From assembly GCA_051362555.1 (NCBI GenBank), contig CM120642.1:6386001-6450000 (forward strand): 64,000 nucleotides of DNA, read 5' to 3'. Below, one piece after another: positions 52,888-64,000 of the stretch (its first letter is position 1; the number at the start of each line of letters is the position of its first letter). The DNA comes from Lingula anatina. Its lineage: Eukaryota > Animalia > Brachiopoda. Below the pieces are notes generated by a model. The model was not told the origin of the DNA. It saw nothing but the letters and a program-made list of their open reading frames with translations, and ran no database searches. The translations under genes were made by a program, and so were the position numbers.

Positions 52888-55800
52888 CTAGAGGATCAGA
52901 GAGGTGATACCGCCTCCGAATATTGTACCACCAGCTGGAGTAAGCGCGATCGTATAGACCCCCCCCACACACAAAAAAGGGACACCACCACCATCAGTCT
53001 TGTGCTTGACAAGCTGTAAAAAATGCAATCAACAAGAATTCTCAAAATATGCAAAAATAGTATATAACAAAAATGGTACAATCAAAGTTCAGTTAGTAGT
53101 AAGGTAGGTCAAAGGTCAATTTCAAGGTCACAGTAAATTTCCAGTATATGACTTCCTATTCAAGTTCAATAGCAACTATGGACACATCTCTGCCAGTTTT
53201 GGAGATAAAAGGGAACCAAAATTTGTAAACTTTAATTCATGATGAAAAGTAGGTCAAAGGTCAATTTCAAGGTCACACTTAGATTGCCCCTAATGACTTC
53301 TATTCAAGTTCAATAGTTACTATGGGCATATTTTTGCCAGTTTTGGAGATAAAAGGGAACCAAAATTTGCAATGTTAAGTTCATGGTAAAAAGTAGGTCA
53401 AAGGTCAATTTTAAGGTCACAGTAAATTGACTTTAATGACTTTCTATTCAAGTTCAATGGTAACTATGGGCGTATCTCTGCCAGTTTTGAAAATAAAAGC
53501 ATTAAAAAATTGCAAAGTTCAGTTTATGGTGTAAAGTAGGTCAAAGGTCAATTTCAAGGTCACATTTAGATTGCCAGTATATGACTTCCTATTCAAGTTC
53601 AATAGTAACCACAGACCTATCTCTGCTAGTTTTGGAGATAAAAGGGAACCAAAATTTGCAATGTTAAGTTCATGGTAAAAAGTAGGTCAAAGGTCAATTT
53701 TAAGGTCACAGTAAATTGACTTTAATGACTTCCTATTCAAATTCAAAAGTAACTATGGGCGTATCTCTGCCAGTTTTGAAAATAAAAGTATTAAAAAGTT
53801 GCAAAGTTCAGTTTATGGTGTAAAGTACGTCAAAGGTCAATTTCAAGGTCACATTTAGATTGCCAGTATATGACTTCCTATTCAAGTTCAACTAGAGGAT
53901 CAGAGAGGCGATACCGCCTCCGAATATTGTACCACCAGCTGGAGCAAGCGCATTCGTATAGACCCCCACATACACAAAATAAGGGACACAGCCACCAGTT
54001 TTGTGCTTGACAAGCTGTAAAAATGCAATCAACAAGAATTTTTAAACTATTGCAAAAAATATATATGGTACAATCAAATTTAAGTTCTTCGTAAGGTAGG
54101 TCAAGGGTCAATTTCAAGGTCACAGTAAATTGCCAGTATATGACTTCCTATTCAAGTTCAAGAGTAACTATGGACCTATCTCTGTCAAGTTTGAAGTTAA
54201 AAGAGAAAGAAATTAGCAGAGTTCAGTTCATGATAAAAAGTAGGTCAAAGGTCAATTTCAAGGTCACATTTAGATTGCCAGTATATGACTTTCTATTCAA
54301 GTTCAATAGTAACTATGGACCTATCTCTGCCAGTTTTGGAGATAAAAGGGAAGCAAAATTTGCAAAGTTCAGTTTATGGTGAAAAGTAGGACAAAGGTCA
54401 ATTTTAATGTCACATTTATAATGCTAGTATATGACTTCCTATTCAAGTTCAATAGTAACTATGGACCTATCTCTGCCAGTTTTGGAGATAAAAGGAAAGC
54501 AAAATATGCAAAATTCAGTTCATGGTGTAAAGTAGGTCAAAGGTCAATTTTAAGGTCACATTTAGATTGCCAGTATATGACTTCCTATTCAAGTTCAATA
54601 GTAACTATGGACCTATCTCTGCCAGTTTTGGAGATAAAAGGAAAGCAAAATTTGCAAAGTTCAGTTCATGGTGAAAAGTAGGTCAAAGGTCAATTTCAAG
54701 GTCACATTTAGATTGCCAGTATATGACTTCCTATTCAAGTTCAATAGTAACTATGGACCTATCTCTGCCAGTTTTGGAGATAAAAGGGAAGCAAAATTCA
54801 GTTCATGGTGTAAAGTAGGTCAAAGGTCAATTTTAAGGTCACATTTAGATTGCCAGTATATGACTTCCTTTTCAAGTTCAATAGTAACTATGGACCTATC
54901 TCTGCCAGTTTTGGAGATAAAAGGAAAGCAAAATTTGCAAAGTTCAGTTCATGGTGAAAAGTAGGTCAAAGGTCAATTTCAAGGTCACATTTAGATTGCC
55001 AGTATATGACTTCCTATTCAAGTTCAATAGTAACTATGGACCTATCTCTGCCAGTTTTGGAGATAAAAGGAAAGCAAAATTTGCAAAATTCAGTTCATGG
55101 TGTAAAGTAGGTCAAAGGTCAATTTTAAGGTCACATTTAGATTGCCAGTATATGACTTCCTATTCAAGTTCAATAGTAACTATGGACCTATCTCTGCCAG
55201 TTTTGGAGATAAAAGGGAAGCAAATTTTGCAAAGTTCAGTTTATGGTGAAAAGTAGGTCAAAGGTCAATTTTAAGGTCACATTTAGATTGCCAGTATATG
55301 ACTTCCTATTCAAGTTCAATAGTAACTATGGACCTATCTCTGCCAGTTTTGGAGATAAAAGGGAAGAAAAATTTGCAAAGTTCAGTTCATGGTGAAAAGT
55401 AGGTCAAAGGTCACTTTCAAGGTCATAGTAAGATTGCCAGTATATGACTTCCTATTCAACTTCAATAGTAACTATGGACCTATCTCTGCCAGTTTTGGAG
55501 ATATAAGGGACCAAATGTTATAATTTTGGAGTTACCATAATGTGCCTTACATTTCGTACAGAAAAAATTAATTAAAATAAAGAAAATGTCATTTTGGTCA
55601 AAATTCTTGAAATAGGAGGTGCTCTGAAGTTTCAGAAGTTCAAATTTGATGAAATAATGTCATTTTTGAACACAAGTTGTCTGCTTTGCCAAGCCTTATG
55701 TTTTATTTTTCCAGAGTTCAAAATTTATTATCCATTACCGTACTGCACATTTTGCTTTTACCACCAATATGTACTTTTTGATACAGCGTAACTCGAAAAC

Positions 55801-57542
55801 CGTATGGAATACAAAAAAACCGAGACCACCCCCAGTGTTGGGCTTTACATGCTCTACAAAATGCAAAAAAGAATGGGTCTCTAGCATTAACGGTTCCCGA
55901 ATTAGAGACAGTTTTCAGTTTCGGTATCTTATGGCCGCTACTCCCGTGAAAATGCACCGATTGACCCCAAATTCATGGAGATGAAAGATGACCTGAAGGG
56001 TAACACTTTCCAATAATATTATTGGTTAAGTCTGTGTGGTGTCTGAATAACAGGGCAAAAAAAATTTTTTTCGTAAAAAATTTCATTTTTTTGAAAATTT
56101 TGGCCCATTTGACCTTGAAGTAAAGGTCAAAGGTCAAATCCAAGGGTATATTTGAAATCTACACATATGACTTTTGGAAAGCTGTCTATAGAAATTTTTC
56201 CCATAACTCCTTCCGTAGGGTAGATAATTAGCATTTAATTTTGCCATTTTTAGACAAGGGTGCATTGCAATGAGTGCCACACCCAGACCCCAATACCGAC
56301 AAAGCCCAAATTTTACGTGGAACGAGTTGAGATTATAGGTGACCTAAATCCATGAGATGGGTACGGGGGCCCTTACCGTCTAGGAGGAGAAGCGGTAACG
56401 GTAGCCGTCCGGCGGAGCCGGCGGAACGATCCGGACGGGACCGAAACCATGTGTACCGCCAGCGCTAACGCTGGTGGTACAATAATAACTATGGACCTAT
56501 CTCTGCCAGTTTTGGAGATAAAAGGGAAACAAAATTTGCAAAGTTCAATTCATGATGAAAAGGGACTAAATGTTATAATTTTGGAGTTACAATAATGTGC
56601 CATAAATTTCGTACAGAAAAAATTAATTAAAATAAAGAAAAGGTCATTTTGGTCAAAAATTCTTGAAATGGGAGGTGCTCTGAAGTTCCAGATGTTCAAA
56701 TGTGATGAAATTATGTCATTTTTGACCACAAGTTGTCTGCCTCGCCAAGCATTATGTTTTATTTTTCCGGAGTTCAAAATTTATTATCCATTACCGTACT
56801 GCACATTTTGCTTTCACCACCAATATGTACTTTTTGATACAGCGTAACTCGAAAACCGTATGGAATACGAAAAACGGAGACCACCTCCAGTGTTGGGCTT
56901 TACATGCTCTACAAAATGCAAAAAAGAATGGGTCTCTAGCATTAACGGTTCCCGAATTAGAGACAGTTTTCATTTTGGTATCTTATGGCCGCTACTCCCG
57001 TGAAAATGCACCGATTGACCCCAAATTCACGGAGATGAAAGATGACCCGAAGGGTAACACTTTCCAGTAATATTATTGGTTAAGTCTGTGTGGTGTCTGA
57101 ATAACATCGCAAATAATTTTTTTTTGTAAAAAAATTCGTTTTTTTGAAAATTTTGGCCCGTTTGGCCTTGAAATAAAGGTCAAAGGTCAAATCCAAGGGC
57201 ATATTTGAAATCTACACATGACTTTTGGAAAGCTGTCTGTAGAAATTTTTCCCATAATTCCTTCCGTAGGGTAGATAATTAGCATTTAATTTTGCCATTT
57301 TTGGACAAGGGTGCATTGCAATGAGTGCCACACCTAGACCCCAATACCGACAAAGCCCAAATTTTACGTGAAACGAGTTGAGATTATAGGTGACCTAAAT
57401 CCAAGAGATGGGTATGGGGGCCATTACCGTCTAGGAGGAGAAGCGGTAACGGTAACTTGTCGGCGGAGCTGCAGGAACCGGCGGAACAATCTGGACGGGA
57501 CTAAAACCATGTGTACCGCCAGCGCTAACGCTGGTGGTACAA
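52888..57542 (-). mobile_element. HINE family 1 copy at the same site as 44010-46077 (co-duplicated), interrupted by a nested HINE
   Basis: Identical junctions AAACAA|CTAGAGG and GGTACAA|TTAACAG; sequence near-identical to 44010-46077. Confidence 0.85.
53892..56482 (-). mobile_element. nested HINE family 1 (related subfamily) with ~10 homogeneous 146-bp units
   Basis: Has its own CTAGAGG... and ...GCTGGTGGTACAA termini inside a host repeat unit (CAAGTTCAA|TA.TAACTATGG). AGGTCAAAGG-type anchors at 54242, 54388, 54534, 54680, 54817, 54963, 55109, 55255 and 55401. Confidence 0.85.
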
Positions 57543-58379
57543 TTAACAGAAACTTTAACTGAAATCTAAAAATCCTTATCGGAAAATTATTTAAATTGAA
57601 TACAAATACTAGCAATTTTCTGGTAAAAAAGTAAAGTTTGCAGTTTTGAAAATATTCCGAATGACACATCACTATCAGCATTTTTTGATATTTTTCAAGG
57701 TCTGTGCAAAGACTTCCTCAGTTGTGCTAAAAGGGACTTTTTGGGCTTTTAAACAACATTGATAGTTGGAGGGAAAACTAATTCCTTTGCCTTGCTACCG
57801 TATCCTGATGAAACCTCAGATCAACTTCATACTTATGTGCAGAATCAAGTCTCAGGCTCTTCAAAGGCTTCAGGTAGGATTTGGGTCATTTCCAGGATAC
57901 TGGACTCTGGCTGTACAGGGACATGGTTCACATAAGAACCTAAGACTGAATGTCTTAGTTGAAATATCATATACGACATATGACACGGCATGCTTGACAG
58001 GTGACACACATACACACAAGAAAAAAAAAAAAACTCTCAGGTGACAATGTCACTAAACTGACCACGCAAGCAAATCTCTCCTGCCCCACAGATGACATAT
58101 TGTTCATGCAAAGAGAATGGACTCTAGAGTAAATGTCCCCTTGGTCAACAGAATGACCATGACACTAAAAATGACTAAACAGGTCAATGCAGGCCTGACA
58201 GGGAACAGGCTGACCACATAAAAAAAAAAGGTTAGTCTCAAATTAAAGTTGAAAATCTCACATACTAAAAATATAAACAACTTAAAGAAAGAAGAAAATT
58301 GCTTGCATTTATCAAAAATTTTAGCATGCATGTGTCAAGACTTCAGTTTTTTGGTCATTAATAAAAAATTGACACTGAA

Positions 58380-58418
<39 letters not shown>

Positions 58419-58880
58419 AAACAATTTTGCTTATGTTTTCTTTAAAACTGTAATCATTAAGTTTTTCTTTCATAAGAGAAATATCACTGCAATCACAAAC
58501 TGACCAAAAAATGTACTGCTTCATTTTTGTATTATGAATTGTTTTTCACCAGGTGATAAAACTGTCACATCAACTTATTCAAACATGCCACTAGACAGGT
58601 GTAGTGATTTACCTGGCTTAAATAAAGCTAGTCAATCACCTGGCAGGTTAGATAAATGGTTAACCAAATGACCTGTCACTGGACAATGCCACACAATGAG
58701 CTGTTTGTCGCCTCAGCCTGTGAAGTGTCACAAACTAGTTTCTGTCTGATTAGACAACCAAACTGACAGCCAATTAACAGCTGTATTTAAGTCCAGCCAA
58801 ATCATGCTCAACCCATCACTTCTCAACTGCTCTTGAGATAAGTAACAGTATCTTCTGAGAAATTTTCTTGAGGAAGCAAC

Positions 58881-59225
58881 ATGGAAGAGACATCCATCCC
58901 TCCTGTGTTTGTGTCAGATGAGCCAGAGCCTGATTTCCGCACAGCCTATCTGAAGATGTACATGGGAAGCAGAGAGGCCACCAGATTGGAGATGCAGGTT
59001 TCTCGTCTGAAGAAACGCTATGCCAAGGCTGTGAAGCAACAGAATCGCAAGGCTCTGTACCAGTTACGAAACAGACTCCTGATCACTGACGGGGTATGGA
59101 AGATGTTCCAGGAGTATACCACAAGAAAAGAAGATGAGCTCAGTTATATTCCATTCTCTGAGAATGACAGCACAGAGCTCTTTTCTTCCTCTGGACTACT
59201 TCCCAATGCCAATGGTAGAAGTTGA
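58881..59225 (+). CDS. intronless 114-aa protein of unknown function, copy 3
   Basis: Intact ORF (C20R relative to copy 2), promoter conserved, downstream HINE site empty. Confidence 0.7.
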   Translation: MEETSIPPVFVSDEPEPDFRTAYLKMYMGSREATRLEMQVSRLKKRYAKAVKQQNRKALYQLRNRLLITDGVWKMFQEYTTRKEDELSYIPFSENDSTELFSSSGLLPNANGRS

Positions 59226-60873
59226 GTGTGCTAAGCAAAATGTGTCAACAAACAGCCCTTTTCAGGGCTCCTGGCTGAGGTCCATTTGTGGACCTACACA
59301 TCTTCCAAGAAAAGCTAAACCAGACAAGTTCAATACATAACTTAATACTGATTAATCTTCATTCCATAGAAATTAAAATATTTATCAATATTCTGTAATA
59401 ATACTTTTAGTTGAGGTAAAAAAAAAATGGGCAAAGTAGTGAGCACTCCAAGAATGCAGACATCTGCCAAGGTAAAATGTAAATTATAATAATAAATACC
59501 AAAAAAATACTAGAAGAGTTGAAGCTGGAGATCTCGAAACTGTAAACAATTAACAGAAAAATTTAACTGAAATCTAAAATTCCTTATCAGAAAATTATTT
59601 AAATTGCATACAAATACTAGCAATTTTCTGGTAAAAAATAAAGTTTGCAGTTTTGAAAATATTCGAATGACACATCACTATCAGCATTTTTTGAGATTTT
59701 TCAAGGTCTGTGCAAATACTTCCTCAGTTGTGCTAAAAGGGACTTTTTGGGCTTTTAAACAACCTTGATAGTTGGAGGGGAAAACTAATTTCTTTGCCTT
59801 GCTACTGTATCCTGATGAAACCTCAGATCAACTTCATACTTATGTGCAGAATATTCAGAATGACACATCACTATCAGCATTTTTTGAGATTTTTCAAGGT
59901 CTGTGCAAAGACTTCCTCAGTTGTGCTAAAGGGGACTTTTTGGGCTTTTAAACAACCTTGATAGTTGGAGGGAAAACTAATTCCTTTGCCTTGCTACCGT
60001 ATCCTGATGAAACCTCAGATCAACTTCATACTTATGTGCAGAATCAAGTCTCAGGCTCTTCAAAGGCTTCAGGTAGGATTTGGGTCATTTCCAGGATACT
60101 GGACTCTGGCTGTACAGGGACATGGTTCACATAAGAACCTAAGACTGAATGTCTTAGTTGAAAGGTGGCACAGCATGCTTGACAGGTGACACACATACAC
60201 ACAAGAAAAAAAACAACTCTCAGGTGACAATGTCACTAAACTGACCATGCAAGCAAATCTCTCCTGCCCCACAGATGACATATTGTTCATGCAAAGAGAA
60301 TGGACTCTAGAGTAAATGTCCCCTTGGTCAACAGAATGACCATGACACTAAAAATGACCAAACAGGTCAATGCAGGCCTGACAGGGAACAGGCTGACCAC
60401 ATAAAAAAAAAAGGTTAGTCTCAAATTAAAGTTGAAAATCTCACATACTAAGGCTTCATTCACATGCAATGTCTATTTTCTAAATTCTATTTTCTATTCG
60501 CGGTATGCCTTATGATCACGGTCTGTGCCCTTAATATCCCGCGGCGTAATTACTGGCAGCGCGAGCCAGTTACTATAAGTTACTTATTCAAACATGCCAC
60601 TAGACAGGTGTAGTGATTTACCTGACTTAAAGCCAGTCAATCACCTGGCAGGTTTGATAAATGGTTAACCAAATGACCTGTCACTGGACAATGCCTCACA
60701 ATGACCTGTTTGTCACCTCAGCCTGTGAAGTGTCACAAACTAGTTTCTGTCTGATAAGACACCCAAGCTGACAGCCAATTAACAGATGTATATAAGTCCA
60801 GCCAAACCATGCTTAACCCATCAGTTCTCAACTGCCCTTGGGATAAGTAACAGTATCTTCTTGAGGAAGCAAC

Positions 60874-61218
60874 ATGGAAGAGACATCCATCCCTCCTGTG
60901 TTTGTGTCAGATGAGCCAGAGCCTGATTTCTGCACAGCCTATCTGAAGATGTACATGGGAAGCAGAGAGGCAACCAGATTGGAGATGCAGGTTTCTCGTC
61001 TGAAGAAATGCTATGCCAAAGCTGTGAAGCAACAGAATCGCAAGACTATGTATCAGTTACGAAACAGACTCCTGATCACTGACGGGGTATGGAAGATGTT
61101 CCAGGAGTATACCACGAGAAAAGAAGATGAGCTCAGTTATATTCCATTCTCTGAGAATGACAGCACAGAGCTCTTTTCTTCCTCTGGACTACTTCCCAAT
61201 GCCAATGGTAGAACTTGA
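60874..61218 (+). CDS. intronless 114-aa protein of unknown function, copy 4 (most divergent)
   Basis: Intact ORF with 4 amino-acid differences from copy 2; consensus TATATAA and TCAGTT Inr. Confidence 0.7.
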   Translation: MEETSIPPVFVSDEPEPDFCTAYLKMYMGSREATRLEMQVSRLKKCYAKAVKQQNRKTMYQLRNRLLITDGVWKMFQEYTTRKEDELSYIPFSENDSTELFSSSGLLPNANGRT

Positions 61219-61764
61219 AGTTGAGTGTGCTAAGCACAATGTGTCAACAAACAGCCCTTTTCAGGGCTCCTGGCTGAGGTCCATTTGTGGACCTACACAT
61301 CTTCCAAGAAAAGCTAAACCAGACAAGTTCAATACATAACTAAATACTGATTAATCTTCGTTCCATAGAATTTAAAATATTTACCAATATTCTGTAATAA
61401 TGCTTTTAGTTGAGGTAAAAAAAATGGGCAAAGTAGTGAACACTCCAAAAATGCAGACATCTCCCAAGGTAAAATTTAAATAATAATAATGATAATTACC
61501 AAAAAAATACTAAAAGAGTTGGATTCACTTGCGATTGCTATAACTTCTTTCCCTTCGCTAAAATGTTGGTCCATAAAATTTTATAAACATCTGTGAATTT
61601 TTTTTCAGCCATCTCAACACTTACAAACCAATGCTGATGAAAAAGTAACCTCCTTCATTGCTGGAGCAAAGTATATATTTTGTTTTTAGTAACTTATTAT
61701 TGGGCAAGAACTAAGAGGGTAACTGCAAACACCTGAAAGTCACACCTCTCCTCAGTGTACTTAC

Positions 61765-61834
61765 CAACCCAGAGATTGGACTTATACTCCACATTATGTT
61801 CTTTTACTGCCTTTTCTTGGGCTTCAAGAAGCAC
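61765..61834 (-). CDS. MRPL22: MRPL22 internal exon
   Basis: AG...GTAAG-bounded 70-nt exon encoding VLLEAQEKAVKEHNVEYKSNLWV, a hallmark MRPL22 motif. Confidence 0.9.
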
Positions 61835-62356
61835 CTACAATAATTTGAATAATCATTTATTATCACTTTATACATTGAAACAAATTCCAGTTTGCATTAA
61901 ATGAAGATGTTTACGCTTATCCACGTCGTATATCAGGTGAAAAATTATATCACCACATTCCTGAACAACTGAATCTTTGTTGTATGTTCTGGTGACACAA
62001 CACAATCTTTTTTTTCTACCAGGTGAAGCACTAGAATCTTTGTTTTGTGGTTACTCGATTCACCTTTCCATAGATAATGATGCACATGCACGGTTAACCC
62101 ATTTCTGCTGGTCGTGGTTGCCTGATGACTAATTGACTGGAAATGGCAGTGCAACAATCTACACCAGAATGCAACATGCATAACAAAGTTGGTGCATGCA
62201 TGTCATTATCTGGTGAATGACACTACAGAAGGCAAATGACACTACAGAAACTTTGTTTAAGGCCTGCTGAATGACACAAATAAACAGTTTATTTTGGGGT
62301 GAAGTCTCTTTTTCCAATCTAGCATATCTAAAAAAATATGACCATAAAAAACTCAC

Positions 62357-62434
62357 ATCTTTCACAATCTGACCACCTTCCCTTTTGTAAAATGTTAACT
62401 GCTTCAAGGCATCATCAATACTCATCCCGCGAAT
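62357..62434 (-). CDS. MRPL22: MRPL22 internal exon
   Basis: AG...GTGAG-bounded 78-nt exon encoding IRGMSIDDALKQLTFYKREGGQIVKD (uL22 IRGMSID.A..QL.F motif). Upstream canonical exons were not found in the window. Confidence 0.9.
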
Positions 62435-62533
62435 CTAAAATAATAAATATTGCAGTATATGAATTAAAATTTTTGCCCAGCTGAGACTTTAATAAGCAAC
62501 AGTTGATTGATTCAATTTCATCTGAAGATTCAA

Positions 62534-62609
<76 letters not shown>

Positions 62610-62746
62610 TAAATAATAAAAATAAATAAATAAAAATAAAATAAAAAACAAAATACAGGAAAGGCAAATTGTTAAGCTGGTAACCCAGCAGTGTCTCTGC
62701 AAAAAGGGTCAGTAGACAGATATTGTTCTTTCAACATATGATGTTG

Positions 62747-62780
<34 letters not shown>

Positions 62781-62795
62781 CTAAATTTCAGGGTT

Positions 62796-62849
<54 letters not shown>
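62534..62849. repeat. (AAT)n, poly-A and (GT)n microsatellites
   Basis: Directly visible. Confidence 0.9.
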
Positions 62850-62851
<2 letters not shown>

Positions 62852-64000
62852 TTTTCTTTCAATTTAAATTTGATGGGTGGAAAATTCAAATCCAGAGTGT
62901 GGCCAATTTCTGAGCATAAGAACAGTGCCATGATATCTTTTTCTTATTTCAATCATAAATTTCTCCACCTCCAATGTCCAAAGCACTTTTTCCATTTGAA
63001 AAAAGAAAAAAAAATTCACTCAAAATTATGGTTGATCGCAATCATTTGGTCAAATTTGTCTGGCATAATGGTCTGAATATATTGCGGTAATATGCCAAAC
63101 AATTCGACCAAGATTAATTAATTAATTTCATGGAAATGTCAGTTTGGTCGAATTGATTAAAATACAGCAAATGGAAACCTTTGATATCGTCGGATTGTTA
63201 GGGGTATCTGCCAAAACGTCCATCTTTCCGGAAGTATTGCATTTTACCGGAAGTGTTACGCAAGATAAGCCGCAATTTTCGCCTAACACGTGTTTCAGGC
63301 TTGTTTTATCCTCCTTTTAAAATCTTATTTTGCTGTGTACAATATGTGCTAACATTACTTAACATTAAAAAAGACGACAATGATAATTTCTAATTATATA
63401 TTTCCCTCACCTACGATCATTTTCATGATGCGCTTCAAGAGTGGGACGGGTATTTCCCCAGAGACGGGTGTTGTAAACAAAGGCCGGTCACTTATATTTG
63501 AAACCGGTAGCTTTAGTAGACTTAAACTAGTTATGTGATCTACGTTCGCCCTATTTGAATTTAAATATGACAACTGAAATCAACCGAATTGAAATTTTTT
63601 ACCAGTCTGAGATCAGTTGTTTTCAACCCGCAAGGCTTGCTCAGCGTCGAGGCATAGACGTACTTCTGAAGAAAATTCAATCACCCGTATCAAAGAATAC
63701 CAACTGGCACTCAAACGGAATTCAGTGTAACTTCAAATTACTTATAAGTATTTTATTTAAAAAGCATGTCATATTAAAACATATTGAGAAAAGGCAAAAT
63801 ACGGAGCCTACCTGTGCCGATAGACATACAGTAGGCCTATCTTGCTGGCACTCTTCCGATTTTCTTACTTATATACTCTCGCTGTGCACAAACCACGGTG
63901 CATATTGAAAACCCCACTGATACAACCCGAACGTAAAATAAGCATTTAATTGCCATAATTTTCACAAAACAAGTGCATTTATAATTTGACGCGAGAATTG

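Noticed and set aside
54140-55256. 80-101-aa ORFs with repeated MVKSRSKVNFKVTF...
   Set aside because: Chance translations of the 146-bp satellite.
54095-55510. Regular repeat array as possible CRISPR
   Set aside because: Whole monomers repeat with no unique spacers, the context is eukaryotic and there are no cas genes.
63835-63956. Minus-strand ATG with signal-peptide-like MAIKCLFYVRVVSVGFSICTVVCAQ and possible GTAAG donor
   Set aside because: No supporting downstream exon identified, and it lies at the window edge.

Overview
AT-rich, intron-containing animal genomic DNA; the repeat types and gene content suggest a lophotrochozoan or mollusc, which is inference. From left to right: (1) the 3' part of a multi-exon SNAPC4/SNAP190-like Myb-repeat gene on + (81-15732); (2) four tandem ~2.44-kb units on -, each carrying a single-coding-exon NXPE/PC-esterase-like (Ig-like + SGNH) membrane-anchored gene, one intact and three disrupted (17.4-25.9 kb); (3) a six-coding-exon otopetrin proton-channel gene on + (32078-39377); (4) the last three exons of a mitochondrial ribosomal protein L22 gene on - (41853-62434). 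The ~19.7-kb last intron of that gene holds four intact antisense copies of an intronless 114-aa ORF of unknown function, each with a TATA/Inr-type promoter. These copies are interleaved with nested non-autonomous Helentron-like (HINE) elements, one family of which carries a 146-bp satellite rich in nuclear-receptor motifs, and a TA-flanked TIR element. Several small MITEs and microsatellites are also present. No rRNA, tRNA or CRISPR was recognised. All calls are by eye, with no database searches.
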